From the NCBI GenBank assembly GCA_038225185.1, contig JBBRFA010000002.1, forward strand, positions 2,331 through 66,330: DNA of 64,000 bases, given 5' to 3'. Below the pieces are notes generated by a model. That model was given only the letters and a program-made list of their open reading frames with translations. It ran no database searches and was not told the origin of the DNA. Positions 37,313-48,538 of this stretch are shown here, piece by piece. This stretch comes from Chthoniobacterales bacterium. Lineage in GTDB: Bacteria; Verrucomicrobiota; Verrucomicrobiia; Chthoniobacterales; DASVRZ01. The first letter of the stretch is position 1. Each line of letters opens with the position of its first letter. The position numbers and the translations under genes were made by a program.

Positions 37313-37564
37313 TTACTCTTTTGGCACGGGCAGGAGAGCGTTGAGTTTTGCTTGGAAATCCTTGAGGTCGTCGGCGGTTTTGGTGGCTTTTTCCAGCACC
37401 ATATCGATGAGTTTGGGCACGTGCTCGGCCCGACGCTGGGAGAGTTCGGCCAATGCCATCATCACAGCGAGCGAATTATTGATGTCGTGTTTTACTTTGC
37501 GAAAGTCCAAAACGAGCGCTGCGTAATCGTCGGAACTGGGAAGAGGTTTGGCGGGCTGGCTCAT
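37313..37564 (-). CDS. Small (83 aa) protein resembling an isolated histidine-kinase DHp/H-box hairpin
   Basis: FRKVKHDINNSLAVMMALAELS resembles the H-box AHDFNNLLTVIxGYAEL. A second predicted helix follows. No ATPase domain. Confidence 0.45.
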   Translation of the reverse strand: MSQPAKPLPSSDDYAALVLDFRKVKHDINNSLAVMMALAELSQRRAEHVPKLIDMVLEKATKTADDLKDFQAKLNALLPVPKE

Positions 37565-37641
37565 AGAAGTGGAAGACGGAAAAGATTCTGGTGACAGATG
37601 ATCGCTTGTGTTTACGTTGTGGATTCGAGATTGAGGACGCG

Positions 37642-40527
37642 ATGCCAGCTAAAACTATCAGGATCACTGGTGCCCGACAACACAATTTGAAAAATCTCAC
37701 GGTGGAGATTCCCCGTGACCAATTGGTGGTGATCACTGGAATGAGCGGTTCGGGTAAATCGTCCCTCGCCTTCGACACCCTTTATGCCGAGGGGCAGCGA
37801 CGTTATGTGGAAAGTCTGTCGGCGTATGCGCGGCAGTTTTTGGATCAAATGCAAAAGCCGGATGTCGATTTTATCGAAGGGCTCTCCCCGGCGATTGCCA
37901 TCGAGCAGCGTTCTTCCGCAGCGAACCCGCGTTCGACGATTGCGACCACCACGGAGATTTTTGACTATTTGCGGCTGCTTTTTTCCTCCATCGGCCAGCC
38001 GCACGATCCGGCGACAGGCGAGGAAATCCGCAAACAATCCCCCTCGCAGATCGTCGATCAAATTCTGCTCCATCCCGAGGGCACCAAGTTGGTCTTACTC
38101 GCGCCCCTCGTCGAGAATAAGACCGGCGAATTCCGCGACGTGCTCGAAAAAGTAAAACGCGAAGGCTTTGTCCGCGTGCGTGTTGACGGCGAAATGATCG
38201 AGCTGAGCACTCCCGAAACGCCTCGCCTCGCCAAAGGCACTGCCCACACCATCGAGGCAGTGGTGGATCGTCTCGTGGTGCGCGAAGGGGTCCGGGCCCG
38301 CCTCGCCGATTCCGTCGAGACCGCTCTCAAATGGAGCGGCAACCAGCTCACCCTCCTGCGCCTCGCACCGGGCGAGGACGTCTGGGCGGAAGAAAAATAT
38401 TCCACGAATTTCTCCAACCCACGCACCGGGTTCACCATGCTCCCGCCTGCTCCCAAACATTTTTCCTTTAACTCCCATTTTGGCGCCTGCCCGGTCTGCC
38501 ACGGGCTTGGCACCCAGCAGGTGTGCGATCCCGATCTGATGATCCCTGAGCCGGAAAAAACCCTCGCCGAAGGCGTCGTCGTGCCCTGGAACAAGGGAAC
38601 CAAACGCATGCTGGCCTATTATCGCGTTCTCCTCTCCGCCCTGATCGCCCATTTTCAGGTGCCCACCGATAAACCCTGGGAAAAACTCCCCGAAAAATTC
38701 CGTCGAGCCCTCCTTTTTGGCACGGGCGACGAATCGATCTCCGTTAAAATGACCGCGCAAGGCAAGCCGGTCAACAAACCCTTCGAGGGCGTCATCCCGC
38801 AAATGCAGCGGCTATATGAAACCACCGAAAGCGAATTTACGAAGGTGCGCATCCGGGGCTTCATGTCGCGTCATCCCTGCCCGGCCTGCCAGGGAGCGCG
38901 GCTCAAACCCGAGATACTAGCCATTACCATCCGGTCGAAAAAAGGGCGCGAGCTAAACATCCACACTTTTTGCCAGCTCACCATCGCGGAGGCCGCGGAT
39001 TTTATCGAGGACATCGCTGTTAGTAACCAGCAATTCCAGATCACGGAGGAAGTGGTGCGCGAGATTCGCAATCGCCTTGGTTTTCTTTGCGAAGTGGGCC
39101 TCGGCTATCTCTCGCTCACTCGCGAAAGCGGCACCCTGAGCGGTGGCGAAGCCCAGCGGATTCGTCTCGCCACCCAGATCGGCTCCGGCCTGGCCGGCGT
39201 GCTTTACGTCCTCGACGAACCCAGCATCGGATTGCATCAGCGCGACAACGATCGCTTGTTGGGAACCCTCCGCCGGTTGCGCGACCTGGGTAATAGCGTG
39301 ATCGTGGTCGAACACGATGAGGATACCATCCGTGCGGCGGATTATATTTTCGATCTCGGCCCCGGAGCCGGTCCGCGCGGCGGACAGATCGTGGCCCAGG
39401 GCACCATTGCGGAAATCATCGCCTCGCCCACCTCGCTCACCGGTGCTTTTCTTTCCAAACGCCAGCAAATCGCCGTGCCCCGCGAACGGGTCCGGCCCCG
39501 GGAGGATTTACTGGCCGATCCCAGCCGCTCCGTGGGATGGATCACCGTGGTGGGCGCGACAGAAAACAACCTTAAAAACGTCACCGCCGCTTTTCCACTC
39601 GGCCTCCTCACCTGCGTCACCGGCGTCTCCGGCTCGGGTAAATCCACACTCGTCGATGATATTCTGCGCCGCGCCTTGTTTCGCACCTTTTATCGTTCCA
39701 AGGAAAAGCCGGGTGCCCATAAAACCATCGTCGGCCTGGATCAAATCGATAAAGCCATCGTGATCGATCAGACGCCAATCGGACGCACCCCGCGTTCCAA
39801 CCCGGCGACTTACACCGGTGCTTTTGGTCCCATTCGCGACCTTTTTGCCGGGCTGCCCATTTCGCGTATTCGCGGCTATGGAGCGGGACGATTTAGTTTC
39901 AACGTAAAAGGTGGGCGCTGCGAAAATTGCCAGGGCGACGGACTCATCCGCATCGAAATGCATTTTCTCGCCGATGTCTATGTGGAATGCGAGGTGTGCG
40001 GCGGCAAACGTTATAATCGGGAGACTTTGGAGGCGACTTTCAAAGGGAAAAATATCGCCGACGTGCTGGCCATGAGCATTGATGAAGCCAGTCGATTTTT
40101 TCGTCAGGTCCCCGCCATTGCCGATAAATTGTTGGCATTGGAGCAGGTGGGTCTGGGCTATCTGCGGCTGGGCCAATCGGGCACCACCCTTTCGGGAGGT
40201 GAGGCGCAACGGGTAAAACTCGCCACCGAGCTCGCCAAAAAAGCCACCGGACGCACCGCCTACATCCTGGACGAGCCCACCACGGGATTGCACTTTGCCG
40301 ATATCGAAAAATTGCTGGAAGTATTGCTCCGCCTGCGTTCCTCGGGCAATACTCTCATCGTGATCGAACATAATCTGGAAGTCATCAAATGCGCCGACTG
40401 GGTGATCGACCTGGGTCCCGAGGGCGGGCAGGGCGGCGGACGGATTGTCGCGTCCGGGCCACCCGAAGCCATTGTTAGAAACAAGGCCAGCGAGACGGGA
40501 CGTTATCTTAAACGTTATTTGTCATGA
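37642..40527 (+). CDS. uvrA: Excinuclease ABC subunit A
   Basis: MPAKTIRITGARQHNLKNL. Two ABC modules (GMSGSGKSS and GVSGSGKST), zinc modules and LSGGE signatures. Confidence 0.95.
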   Translation: MPAKTIRITGARQHNLKNLTVEIPRDQLVVITGMSGSGKSSLAFDTLYAEGQRRYVESLSAYARQFLDQMQKPDVDFIEGLSPAIAIEQRSSAANPRSTIATTTEIFDYLRLLFSSIGQPHDPATGEEIRKQSPSQIVDQILLHPEGTKLVLLAPLVENKTGEFRDVLEKVKREGFVRVRVDGEMIELSTPETPRLAKGTAHTIEAVVDRLVVREGVRARLADSVETALKWSGNQLTLLRLAPGEDVWAEEKYSTNFSNPRTGFTMLPPAPKHFSFNSHFGACPVCHGLGTQQVCDPDLMIPEPEKTLAEGVVVPWNKGTKRMLAYYRVLLSALIAHFQVPTDKPWEKLPEKFRRALLFGTGDESISVKMTAQGKPVNKPFEGVIPQMQRLYETTESEFTKVRIRGFMSRHPCPACQGARLKPEILAITIRSKKGRELNIHTFCQLTIAEAADFIEDIAVSNQQFQITEEVVREIRNRLGFLCEVGLGYLSLTRESGTLSGGEAQRIRLATQIGSGLAGVLYVLDEPSIGLHQRDNDRLLGTLRRLRDLGNSVIVVEHDEDTIRAADYIFDLGPGAGPRGGQIVAQGTIAEIIASPTSLTGAFLSKRQQIAVPRERVRPREDLLADPSRSVGWITVVGATENNLKNVTAAFPLGLLTCVTGVSGSGKSTLVDDILRRALFRTFYRSKEKPGAHKTIVGLDQIDKAIVIDQTPIGRTPRSNPATYTGAFGPIRDLFAGLPISRIRGYGAGRFSFNVKGGRCENCQGDGLIRIEMHFLADVYVECEVCGGKRYNRETLEATFKGKNIADVLAMSIDEASRFFRQVPAIADKLLALEQVGLGYLRLGQSGTTLSGGEAQRVKLATELAKKATGRTAYILDEPTTGLHFADIEKLLEVLLRLRSSGNTLIVIEHNLEVIKCADWVIDLGPEGGQGGGRIVASGPPEAIVRNKASETGRYLKRYLS

Positions 40528-42965
40528 AAAAATTCACCCTGGGCCTGCTGCTCTTTTCGACTTACCCGTTCACCAGCCTGGTCCTGGCCCAGGAAACGTT
40601 AGCTGGAATAAGCGAGGCGCAGACGGCCCGGGGAGAGGGGCTTCCTCAGATTGCTGTGCAAAAATTGCGCCACTTATTGCAAGGCAACCCCTCGCCCGCG
40701 CTTAGACAAAATGCTGGCCTGGAGTTGGTGCGGGCGTATCTCGCGATGGGCGACGCCAAATCTGCCCAGAAGATTTTGTCAAGCCTGGAGGACAACGAGG
40801 AAAAAGCTTTTCTAACCTTGCAAAGTTATCTGGCCGCAGGGGAATGGAATAAAGTGTTGCTGGCCGCGACGGAGCTGCCGGTGGAAGGGTCTCCTGCCCG
40901 GTCGCAATGGTTGTTTGCGCGGGCGGAAGCTCAAAAAGCACTCGGAAAAAATGCATTGGCGGCGGCGGATTACCTGGCTCTGGAGAGCAATCCTGTCGTG
41001 GGCGAAACTGCCCGATGGCGTCGGATGGATCTGGAATTGTCCGGCCACGGCGGGAGTGTTCTGCCCAGGGAAAGCGGGGCGGGCGACTCCTATCTACCCA
41101 TACTTTTTCTCGCAGAAGCCAGCATGGCAAAAAAAGATTACGTGGCTGCGGAAAGAGCTTTTCGCAGACTGGCACTGGCTGGCAACCGGCTCGATTCCCG
41201 CGCCTATGCCTCCCTGCAACTCGGGCTGGCACGTTGTCTGGTTGCCCGCGAACAATTGGATGAGGCCGAAACCCTCCTCGAAAAATTGATCGAGGAACAT
41301 CCCGCTCACGAGCAGTTGGGGAATTTCTTCGGCGCGCTTAACGAAGTCTATGCGTTGGAAAAAAACGCCTCCTCAACCGAATTGCGGCGCTGGAGCCGGG
41401 ATGCCAGCCAGACCCAGCGCCAGGCCCTGGCGATTTACTATCAATCGCAACTCGATCTCCGGGAAAAGGGTTCCGGCGCAGCTTTGGAAACGTTGACAGG
41501 TTGGCTCGAAAAATTTCCCTCGCATCCACTGCGCGCGGAAGTGCTTTTACGCTACGGACAACAATTGGTCTCCGAGGAAAAATGGCCCGAGGCAATCCGC
41601 CATTTCCGCAGCGGGCTTGCCGTGGCCGACAGCCCGGCGCTAACACTGGAAATTCGCAACGCCCTGGCCTCGGCTTTTTTTTCCGCAGGACGTTTTGCGC
41701 AATCTGCCGATGCTTTTACCCTGGCGGCGCAATCCCCTGGGGAGGCGGGTCAGGCTCTGCTCTACAATGCCGCCCTGGCGTTTCTACGCGCGGCGGATTT
41801 TCCAAAATTCGTTAGTGCGTATCAGGATTTCAGCCGTCTTTATCCCGAGAGTCCGTTGCGCCGCGATTTGTTATTGGAGCAGGCTTTTTTGCAGGCACGG
41901 AGCGGCGCCTTGCAGGATGCCATCGCGACCTTGCAACGTTTCGCAAGGGATTTTCCCGAGCACAAGCGGGTGCCCGATGCGCACCTCGTGCTGGCCGAGT
42001 TAGCCTTGGAAGGCACGCCGAAAAATCTTTCCGAGGCCAGCCAGCAAATCGCGCTTGCCACCCAGGCGGTGCCCGGCGCGGAGACGGCGGAACGGCTCGA
42101 TTACCTAAGGGTTTTTCAAACGACCGATACCGGGGCCGGTGCGAAGGAGATTGTTAGTCGCGCGGAAAAATTTCTTCTCGATCATCCCTCCTCCACCCTG
42201 GAGCCGGAGGTTCGTTTTAAAATGGGGGAGGCCTATTTTGCAGCCAGGGATTTTGCCTCGGCGGGCACGCAATTCGAGATCGTGATCAATCGTTTTCCCC
42301 AATCGCCCCTGCTCGAGGCAGCCCGCTTTCTGGCGGCGCAATCGTCCATTCGCACGATGAATCCCAACGCCGTGGACGAGGCGATTTCTTTGCTGGAACA
42401 AGTGGCGCGCATGAAGGGGCCGCTGCAAAATTATGCCCGTTTCGAGCAGGCGACGGTCAAGAAAGATTCCGGCTCATTGGAGGAGGCACTGGTGCTTTAC
42501 CTCGCATTGATCGAGGATAAACCACCGGTGGATCTGCTCCTGGCGGCGGTGTCTGCACGGGCAGACACGCTCTATCTGTTGGGAGGAAAAAATCCCGCCC
42601 GGCTGCAGGACGCCGTCCAGGCATACGACGACTTGTTAGAACAACCTGGCTTGACCCGGGAATGGAAAAATCTGGCCCTTTACAAGAAAGGCAAGGCTCT
42701 GGAGTTGCAGGGTAGGAAAGAGGAAATGCTGGCGGCATTTTACGGTGTGTTAACACCGCCAAAAGACGAAAAAGAGCTGCCCGAGACGCTCTGGTTTTAT
42801 CGTGCGGGCTTCGAGGCGGCGCAGGCTTTGGAGAGCGCCAAAGACTGGCGCGGCGCCATTGCCATCTACCAGAAAATAGCTAACGTGGAGGGGCCCCGGA
42901 CGAAAGAGGCAGTGGATCGGATAGATCGATTGCGCCTGGAGTATTTTATCCCGGAGGGTTCCTAG
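40524..42965 (+). CDS. Secreted tetratricopeptide-repeat protein (813 aa)
   Basis: ATGA overlap with the uvrA stop. Signal peptide, then repeated TPR-like helical pairs throughout. Confidence 0.65.
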   Translation: MKKFTLGLLLFSTYPFTSLVLAQETLAGISEAQTARGEGLPQIAVQKLRHLLQGNPSPALRQNAGLELVRAYLAMGDAKSAQKILSSLEDNEEKAFLTLQSYLAAGEWNKVLLAATELPVEGSPARSQWLFARAEAQKALGKNALAAADYLALESNPVVGETARWRRMDLELSGHGGSVLPRESGAGDSYLPILFLAEASMAKKDYVAAERAFRRLALAGNRLDSRAYASLQLGLARCLVAREQLDEAETLLEKLIEEHPAHEQLGNFFGALNEVYALEKNASSTELRRWSRDASQTQRQALAIYYQSQLDLREKGSGAALETLTGWLEKFPSHPLRAEVLLRYGQQLVSEEKWPEAIRHFRSGLAVADSPALTLEIRNALASAFFSAGRFAQSADAFTLAAQSPGEAGQALLYNAALAFLRAADFPKFVSAYQDFSRLYPESPLRRDLLLEQAFLQARSGALQDAIATLQRFARDFPEHKRVPDAHLVLAELALEGTPKNLSEASQQIALATQAVPGAETAERLDYLRVFQTTDTGAGAKEIVSRAEKFLLDHPSSTLEPEVRFKMGEAYFAARDFASAGTQFEIVINRFPQSPLLEAARFLAAQSSIRTMNPNAVDEAISLLEQVARMKGPLQNYARFEQATVKKDSGSLEEALVLYLALIEDKPPVDLLLAAVSARADTLYLLGGKNPARLQDAVQAYDDLLEQPGLTREWKNLALYKKGKALELQGRKEEMLAAFYGVLTPPKDEKELPETLWFYRAGFEAAQALESAKDWRGAIAIYQKIANVEGPRTKEAVDRIDRLRLEYFIPEGS

Positions 42966-43918
42966 CCATGCTGCTGGCGATTGCCTTTGGCGTCGCCTGC
43001 ACCCTGGCGCTGATACCAGTGGTAGGTGCTGGCGATGCCGTCGCGCAGATTAATGATCGGCGCCCAGCCCAGGCTGCGGATGAGGCTGTTATCCATGAGC
43101 TTGCGTGGAGTGCCATCGGGTTTGGTGGGATCGAAGGCCAGCTCGCCTTCATAGCCGACGATCTCGCAGATTAACAGGGCCAGCTCGCGAATGGTGACGT
43201 CGTCGCCAAAGCCGACGTTGACCAGGTCGGGGGCATCGGTTTTTTCGAGAAGGAAACGGCAGGCCCGCGCGAGGTCGTGATTGTGGAGAAACTCCCGGCG
43301 CGGTGTGCCGGTGCCCCAGATCGGCACGGTGGCGTCGCCGCGCTCTTTTGCCTCGTGGATTTTCCGCATCAAAGCGGGCAGCACATGGGAGGTTTGCAGA
43401 TCGAAATTATCCCCCGGGCCATACATGTTCGTGGGCATGGCGCTGGAAAAATTAGCTCCATACTGGCGGCGATAGGCGGCGGCGAGTTTGACGCCGGCGA
43501 TCTTGGCGATGGCATAGGCTTCGTTGGTCGGTTCCAACGGACCGGTGAGCAGGGAATCCTCGCGAATGGGTTGCCCGGCAAACTTGGGGTAGATGCAGGA
43601 ACTACCCAGGAAAAGAAGTCGTTGCACGCCCGCTTCGTAGGAGGCGGAGAGCAGATTGTTTTGGATTTGCAGATTGTGCAGGAGAAATTCGACGGGGTAG
43701 GTATCGTTGGCCTGGATGCCCCCCACTTTGGCAGCGGCGATGATGACGGCGGCGGGCCGTTTTTCCTGGAAAAAAGCGTGCACGGCGACCGGATTACCGA
43801 GATCGACTTCCTGCCGGGTGCGGGTGAGAATGCTGGGATAACCCGCGGCGATGAGCTCGCGCACGATGGCACTCCCGACCAGGCCACGATGACCGGCGAC
43901 GAAGACAGAATCAAACAT
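42962..43918 (-). CDS. fcl: GDP-L-fucose synthase (GDP-4-keto-6-deoxymannose 3,5-epimerase/4-reductase)
   Basis: Start at the ATG at 43918 ([18 protein letters not shown]). SDR YxxxK context AYAIAKIAG. Typical Fcl length of 318 aa. Confidence 0.85.
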   Translation of the reverse strand: MFDSVFVAGHRGLVGSAIVRELIAAGYPSILTRTRQEVDLGNPVAVHAFFQEKRPAAVIIAAAKVGGIQANDTYPVEFLLHNLQIQNNLLSASYEAGVQRLLFLGSSCIYPKFAGQPIREDSLLTGPLEPTNEAYAIAKIAGVKLAAAYRRQYGANFSSAMPTNMYGPGDNFDLQTSHVLPALMRKIHEAKERGDATVPIWGTGTPRREFLHNHDLARACRFLLEKTDAPDLVNVGFGDDVTIRELALLICEIVGYEGELAFDPTKPDGTPRKLMDNSLIRSLGWAPIINLRDGIASTYHWYQRQGAGDAKGNRQQHG

Positions 43919-44040
43919 GGGGCGCACTTTACGGAGAAGAAAGCGCAGGAAACAAGCTTTTAGGAAAACGAATCGGATGCAGGTCGTGGAAAGCGGGACT
44001 TTAAATTGCCAAGTCTTGTCCCAGCGCGCACCCTTTCGCA

Positions 44041-44790
44041 ATGCACTCCAAATCCTCCGAAAAAATCGTGTCCCTGGTTTTTTTTTCAATCCTGTTCCTT
44101 TGCGCGCCGCAAGGTTTTGCCCAAGCACAATCCGACTTGGAAGCGAAGGAGGTGGGGAATCTCATTTCCTGGCTGCTCAAGAATGGAGAGGCTACGCGCG
44201 GGGTATTGTTTTCGGAGGTGATCGAGGCGACGGCAGGGAAAAAAATTCTTCCGGTGGATCGGGAGAAGGATGCGGATGTGTTGCGGGCCCTGGATGAGGC
44301 AATGGCTCGGGTGTTAGCGGAGATGAATGCAGAGGACAGCCCGGTGAAGAAGGTGGGTCGGATCAATGAGACGTCGCATTTTTTCGAGGAGGCACTGTTG
44401 AGGGAGTTAAATGTGAATGCCGGGATGAAGGCCTCGTTGCCGTTGACTGCGGACGGCAAGATGCAGCGTTCGGGCTATCCGGATATTGAGCTGGAGACGG
44501 CGGATGGGCGGATTTTTTATCTGGACCCGAAGTTGTATGCGAGAGGAAGCGAGGGGAGCAGTTTTCGCACGTTTTATTTTGAGCCAAGGGTGGGGACGAA
44601 CAAAGTGAACCGCGATGCGCGGCATTTGCTGGTGGGCATAGCGCATGATTTTGCGGCGACAGGCCGTTTTTTGAGCTGGCAAGTGATCGATCTGACGACG
44701 TTTCGCGTGCAGTTGAAAGCGGAGTTTCAGGGATCGAACCGCGATCTTTATCGTGAGGAGGCGGTTGTCGGCGGTGGGGAAGCGCGTTAA
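44041..44790 (+). CDS. Hypothetical protein with signal peptide and PD-(D/E)XK-like motif arrangement
   Basis: Signal peptide ...[13 protein letters not shown]. Motif series [13 protein letters not shown] ... GYPDIELE ... FYLDPKLY. No family recognised with certainty. Confidence 0.5.
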   Translation: MHSKSSEKIVSLVFFSILFLCAPQGFAQAQSDLEAKEVGNLISWLLKNGEATRGVLFSEVIEATAGKKILPVDREKDADVLRALDEAMARVLAEMNAEDSPVKKVGRINETSHFFEEALLRELNVNAGMKASLPLTADGKMQRSGYPDIELETADGRIFYLDPKLYARGSEGSSFRTFYFEPRVGTNKVNRDARHLLVGIAHDFAATGRFLSWQVIDLTTFRVQLKAEFQGSNRDLYREEAVVGGGEAR

Positions 44791-44802
44791 AGTGCTGCGA
44801 TA

Positions 44803-46002
44803 ATGGAGAATCCTTTTGATGACATCGACTCGGTGCTGGCAGATATTGCTGCCGGAAAAATGGTGGTGGTAACCGATGATGCGGATCGCGAGAATGAGGG
44901 GGATTTATTGATGGCGGCGGAGAAAGTGACCCCGGCTGCGGTGAATTTTATGGCGATGCACGCCCGCGGCTTGATTTGTAATCCGATCACCGAAGAACGG
45001 GCGACGGAACTGGGGCTGCAACGTATGGTGGCGCAAAATCGGGAGATGTATCGCACGGATTTTACGGTGTCCATCGATGCGGCAGAGGGAATAACCACGG
45101 GGATCAGTGCGCAGGATCGCGCCTTGACCATCCGACTACTAACCGATCCGCAGGCGACGGCGGAGAGTTTCGTGCAACCTGGCCATGTTTTTCCTTTGCA
45201 AGCAAGAAAAGGCGGCGTGCTGCGAAGGGCAGGTCATACGGAGGCGGCGGTCGATCTGGCACGGGCGGCGGGGTTGAAACCGGCGGGAATGATTTGCGAG
45301 ATTTTAAATAAGGACGGCTCGATGGCGCGCTTGCCGGAATTGTTGAAATTCAAGAAAAAACACCGTCTGAAAATCTGCACCATCGAAAGCCTTATCGCCT
45401 GGCGGCGTTTGCGGGAAAAACTCATCGTGCGCGAACAAGTCGTGCAAATGCCAACCGATTACGGGGATTTCCAACTTTATTTTTATCGGTCAGAGATCGA
45501 TCAGGCAAATCATCTCGCCCTCGTTAAAGGCGCTATATCGACTTCCGAACCGACACTGGTAAGGGTGCACAGCGAATGCCTCACCGGCGATGTCTTTGGT
45601 TCGAGAAGATGCGATTGCGGGCCGCAGTTGCATGCCGCCCTGGCCCAGATCGAGGAGGCGGGATCGGGTGTGCTGGTCTATATGCGACAGGAGGGTCGCG
45701 GAATCGGCCTTGCGGCAAAAATCAACGCCTACAAGCTCCAAGAGGAAGGTCTCGATACGGTGGAGGCCAATTTGAAGCTCGGGTTTCCCATGGATCTACG
45801 CGATTATGGGCTGGGAGCACAGATCCTGACCGATCTCGGAGTGCAAAAAATCCGTTTAATGACCAATAACCCGCGCAAAGTAATCGGACTCGAAGGTTAC
45901 GGCTTGGAAATCGTCGAGCAACTCCCCATCAAATCCGAACCCAATCTGCATAACGAAAAGTATCTTGCCACGAAAAAACTCAAAATGGGCCACCTTCTTT
46001 AG
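44803..46002 (+). CDS. ribBA: Bifunctional 3,4-dihydroxy-2-butanone-4-phosphate synthase / GTP cyclohydrolase II
   Basis: RibB part: [11 protein letters not shown] and [14 protein letters not shown]. RibA part: [19 protein letters not shown] and [10 protein letters not shown]. Confidence 0.9.
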   Translation: MENPFDDIDSVLADIAAGKMVVVTDDADRENEGDLLMAAEKVTPAAVNFMAMHARGLICNPITEERATELGLQRMVAQNREMYRTDFTVSIDAAEGITTGISAQDRALTIRLLTDPQATAESFVQPGHVFPLQARKGGVLRRAGHTEAAVDLARAAGLKPAGMICEILNKDGSMARLPELLKFKKKHRLKICTIESLIAWRRLREKLIVREQVVQMPTDYGDFQLYFYRSEIDQANHLALVKGAISTSEPTLVRVHSECLTGDVFGSRRCDCGPQLHAALAQIEEAGSGVLVYMRQEGRGIGLAAKINAYKLQEEGLDTVEANLKLGFPMDLRDYGLGAQILTDLGVQKIRLMTNNPRKVIGLEGYGLEIVEQLPIKSEPNLHNEKYLATKKLKMGHLL

Positions 46003-46052
46003 TTGCGGCCCCGGTTTTTTTCCAGCAGTCTGCCTCTCAGTTCTTTCCCGAT

Positions 46053-46538
46053 ATGTCCACCGCGCTACCCACTCGCCCCCGCACTCTCGCCACCCGCCGC
46101 ACCTTCGTCATTGTTGCCAGCACGTATAATCCCAAATACGTCCAGGGCCTGGTGGATCATGCCACGAAGGAAATCCATACCATTTTACCTAACTCCCCCA
46201 TCACCTTGCATCAGGTTCCCGGTGCTTTTGAGATTCCTGTCGCCGTGCAGGAAATCGCCCGCCGTGGTGGGATGGATGCCATCATCGCCCTCGGCGTCAT
46301 CATCGAAGGCGAAACGGACCACGCCGGCCACATCGCCTCGGCAGTCACCCACGCTCTGCTGGATTTATCTTTGCAATACCGCATCCCGATCATTCACGAA
46401 GTCCTTTCCGTAAAAAATGAGGAACAGGCCAGCGCACGTTGCCTGGATGGAAAAATCAACCGCGGCACCGAAGCCGCCCGGGCCGCTCTCAGCATCTCCA
46501 ACCTCATGGTCGAGATTCGCGATAAAAGCACCCCCTGA
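46053..46538 (+). CDS. ribH: 6,7-dimethyl-8-ribityllumazine synthase
   Basis: VPGAFEIPVA, ALGVIIEGETDH and NRGTEAA motifs. Confidence 0.9.
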   Translation: MSTALPTRPRTLATRRTFVIVASTYNPKYVQGLVDHATKEIHTILPNSPITLHQVPGAFEIPVAVQEIARRGGMDAIIALGVIIEGETDHAGHIASAVTHALLDLSLQYRIPIIHEVLSVKNEEQASARCLDGKINRGTEAARAALSISNLMVEIRDKSTP

Positions 46539-46579
46539 TCGCGCTTTCCTTGCCGACCACTTAGCCGCACTTTTATTTT

Positions 46580-47005
46580 ATGGGAAAACGACGGGAAGGC
46601 CGCGAAGCCGCGGTGCAATATCTTTATCATTACGATCTGAACTCCGGCGAAAATTCCGGCACCCCAGAGGATTTCTGGGAACTTCGCCCCGCCAAACCCG
46701 ATGTGCGCCAGTTTGCCCTGCGCCTCGTCGTCGGAGTCCAGGAAAACCTCCCGGCCATCGATGAACGCATCGCCCGGTATGCCGAAAATTATCAGCTCAA
46801 TCGCATGCTCGCCGTGGATCGCAACATCCTGCGCCTCGCCATCTACGAAATGAACTTTTCCCGCGACGTGCCCCCCGTCGTCGCCATCAACGAAGCCATC
46901 GAAATCGCTAAAAAATTCGGTGCCGAAGAATCCAGCCGTTTCGTCAACGGCATTCTCGACCGCGCCAAGCTCGATCTCGGCCGCCCGCTGCGCACCGCTG
47001 GCTAA
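46580..47005 (+). CDS. nusB: Transcription antitermination factor NusB
   Basis: REAAVQYLY..., DRNILRLAIYEM, INEAIEIAKKFG and FVNGILD. Confidence 0.9.
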   Translation: MGKRREGREAAVQYLYHYDLNSGENSGTPEDFWELRPAKPDVRQFALRLVVGVQENLPAIDERIARYAENYQLNRMLAVDRNILRLAIYEMNFSRDVPPVVAINEAIEIAKKFGAEESSRFVNGILDRAKLDLGRPLRTAG

Positions 47006-47028
47006 CCCCACCCCCCTTTTTTCCTGCC

Positions 47029-47874
47029 ATGGCCTTCGGATTTCTTAAAAATCTCATCTCCAAATTCACCGGCAAACCCGTCGATTGGGATGAACTCGAG
47101 GAAACCCTCATCCGCGCCGACCTCGGCGTGCCGCTCACCCTTAAAATCGTCGCCGAACTCCAGGCCATCCCCAACGTCACCACCGCCGACATCGAAGAGG
47201 TCACCCGCCGTCAAATCGAAAAAATCCTCCCCTTCAACCCCGCGCCTCTCCGCCCCTTTGCCAATCGGCCCAAAGTCATCCTCATTGCCGGAGTCAACGG
47301 CACCGGTAAAACCACCAGCACTGCCAAACTCGCCCATTTTCTTAAATCGCGCCGCCATAGCGTGCTCCTCGTCGCCGCCGATACTTTTCGCGCCGCCGCC
47401 ATCGAACAACTCGAAATCTGGGCCACCCGCATCGGCGTCGAACTCATCAAAGGCAAATACAACGCCGATCCCGCCTCCCTCTGCCACGACGCATGGCAGG
47501 CCGCCAGCAGTCGCAACCTCGAATTTGTCCTCTGCGACACCGCCGGACGCCTTCACACCAAGCATAATCTGATGCAGGAACTCGATAAAGTGAAGCGCAC
47601 CCTCGCCCGCCTCGACCCCACTTCCCCCCACGAAAACTGGCTCGTCGTCGATGCCACCACCGGCAGCAACGCCCTTCAGCAGGCCAGGGAATTTAATCAA
47701 ATCCTCGGCCTCACTGGCGTCATCGTCACCAAACTCGATGGCAGCGGCAAAGGCGGCGTGCTGGTCGCCATCCAGAACGAACTCGGCATCCCCGCCCGCT
47801 TCATCGGCACCGGCGAGACCTTGGAAGACTTCGCCGCCTTCGATGCCGCCGCTTTTGTCGGCAAAATTCTCTAA
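47029..47874 (+). CDS. ftsY: Signal recognition particle receptor FtsY (NG domain only)
   Basis: [20 protein letters not shown] and [10 protein letters not shown]. Confidence 0.85.
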   Translation: MAFGFLKNLISKFTGKPVDWDELEETLIRADLGVPLTLKIVAELQAIPNVTTADIEEVTRRQIEKILPFNPAPLRPFANRPKVILIAGVNGTGKTTSTAKLAHFLKSRRHSVLLVAADTFRAAAIEQLEIWATRIGVELIKGKYNADPASLCHDAWQAASSRNLEFVLCDTAGRLHTKHNLMQELDKVKRTLARLDPTSPHENWLVVDATTGSNALQQAREFNQILGLTGVIVTKLDGSGKGGVLVAIQNELGIPARFIGTGETLEDFAAFDAAAFVGKIL

Positions 47875-47972
47875 CTTTTGTCCGCCACCGAGGCTTTGAT
47901 CGAACTTTTTATTTGCGTTTGCTCACGAACCGGGTAGTTATTCTGCCCCTCTCAACCGAGTGGAACCTTTTT

Positions 47973-48338
47973 ATGAGCATTATTATTGAAAAAATCGAGC
48001 AGGAGCAGCTAAAAACCGACCTAAAACCCTTCAACGTCGGCGACACCGTCAAAGTGCATACCCGCGTCGTCGAAGGAGACAAGGAACGCATCCAGATTTT
48101 CGCCGGCATTGTCATCGGCAAAAAAGGCCGCGGCCTCAATGCCATGTTCACCGTTCGTCGCATTTCCTACGGCGAAGGTGTCGAGCGCGTTTTCCCAATT
48201 CATTCGCCCCGCATCGCTAAAGTAGATATCGAACGCGCGGGCAGCGTGCGTCGCGCCAAGCTCAATTATCTGCGCGGACGCAAAGGCAAACAGGCCATCA
48301 CGGTGAAAGAAAAAAACTCCCTGGCCGCCAAAGCCTGA
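47973..48338 (+). CDS. rplS: 50S ribosomal protein L19
   Basis: [29 protein letters not shown]...[24 protein letters not shown] at 47973 inside the listed ORF. Confidence 0.95.
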   Translation: MSIIIEKIEQEQLKTDLKPFNVGDTVKVHTRVVEGDKERIQIFAGIVIGKKGRGLNAMFTVRRISYGEGVERVFPIHSPRIAKVDIERAGSVRRAKLNYLRGRKGKQAITVKEKNSLAAKA

Positions 48339-48367
48339 TCTGCTTCCACAGTCCCCACAAAAATAAA

Positions 48368-48396
48368 GCGGCACTTTTCCAAGTGCCGCTTTTTTT
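48368..48396 (+). terminator. Rho-independent terminator after rplS
   Basis: Perfect 9-bp stem gcggcactt / aagtgccgc with a ttcc loop, followed by 7 T. Confidence 0.8.
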
Positions 48397-48476
48397 GTGG
48401 GTCAACGAGGAACCATTCAAGCAAGTCCCCGTTGCCGGGGCCGGTTTCTTCAACCGATTTTCCCCATCAGCCCAAT

Positions 48477-48512
48477 AAAAAACGCAGGCGTGGTTTGAGA
48501 GCCACGCTTGCG
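48477..48512 (-). terminator. Rho-independent terminator after the PA2169-family gene (minus strand)
   Basis: Read on the minus strand: cgcaagcgtgg-ctctcaaa-ccacgcctgcg stem-loop, followed by tttttt. Confidence 0.65.
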
Positions 48513-48538
48513 CTGATTACCTTGAATTTGGGAGCGAT

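Noticed and set aside
43919-44040. Looked for an FMN riboswitch upstream of the rib gene string, and for SAM or other riboswitches at 2874-2986 and 50876-51006.
   Set aside because: No conserved riboswitch core sequences were recognisable by eye. A covariance-model scan would be needed to exclude them formally.
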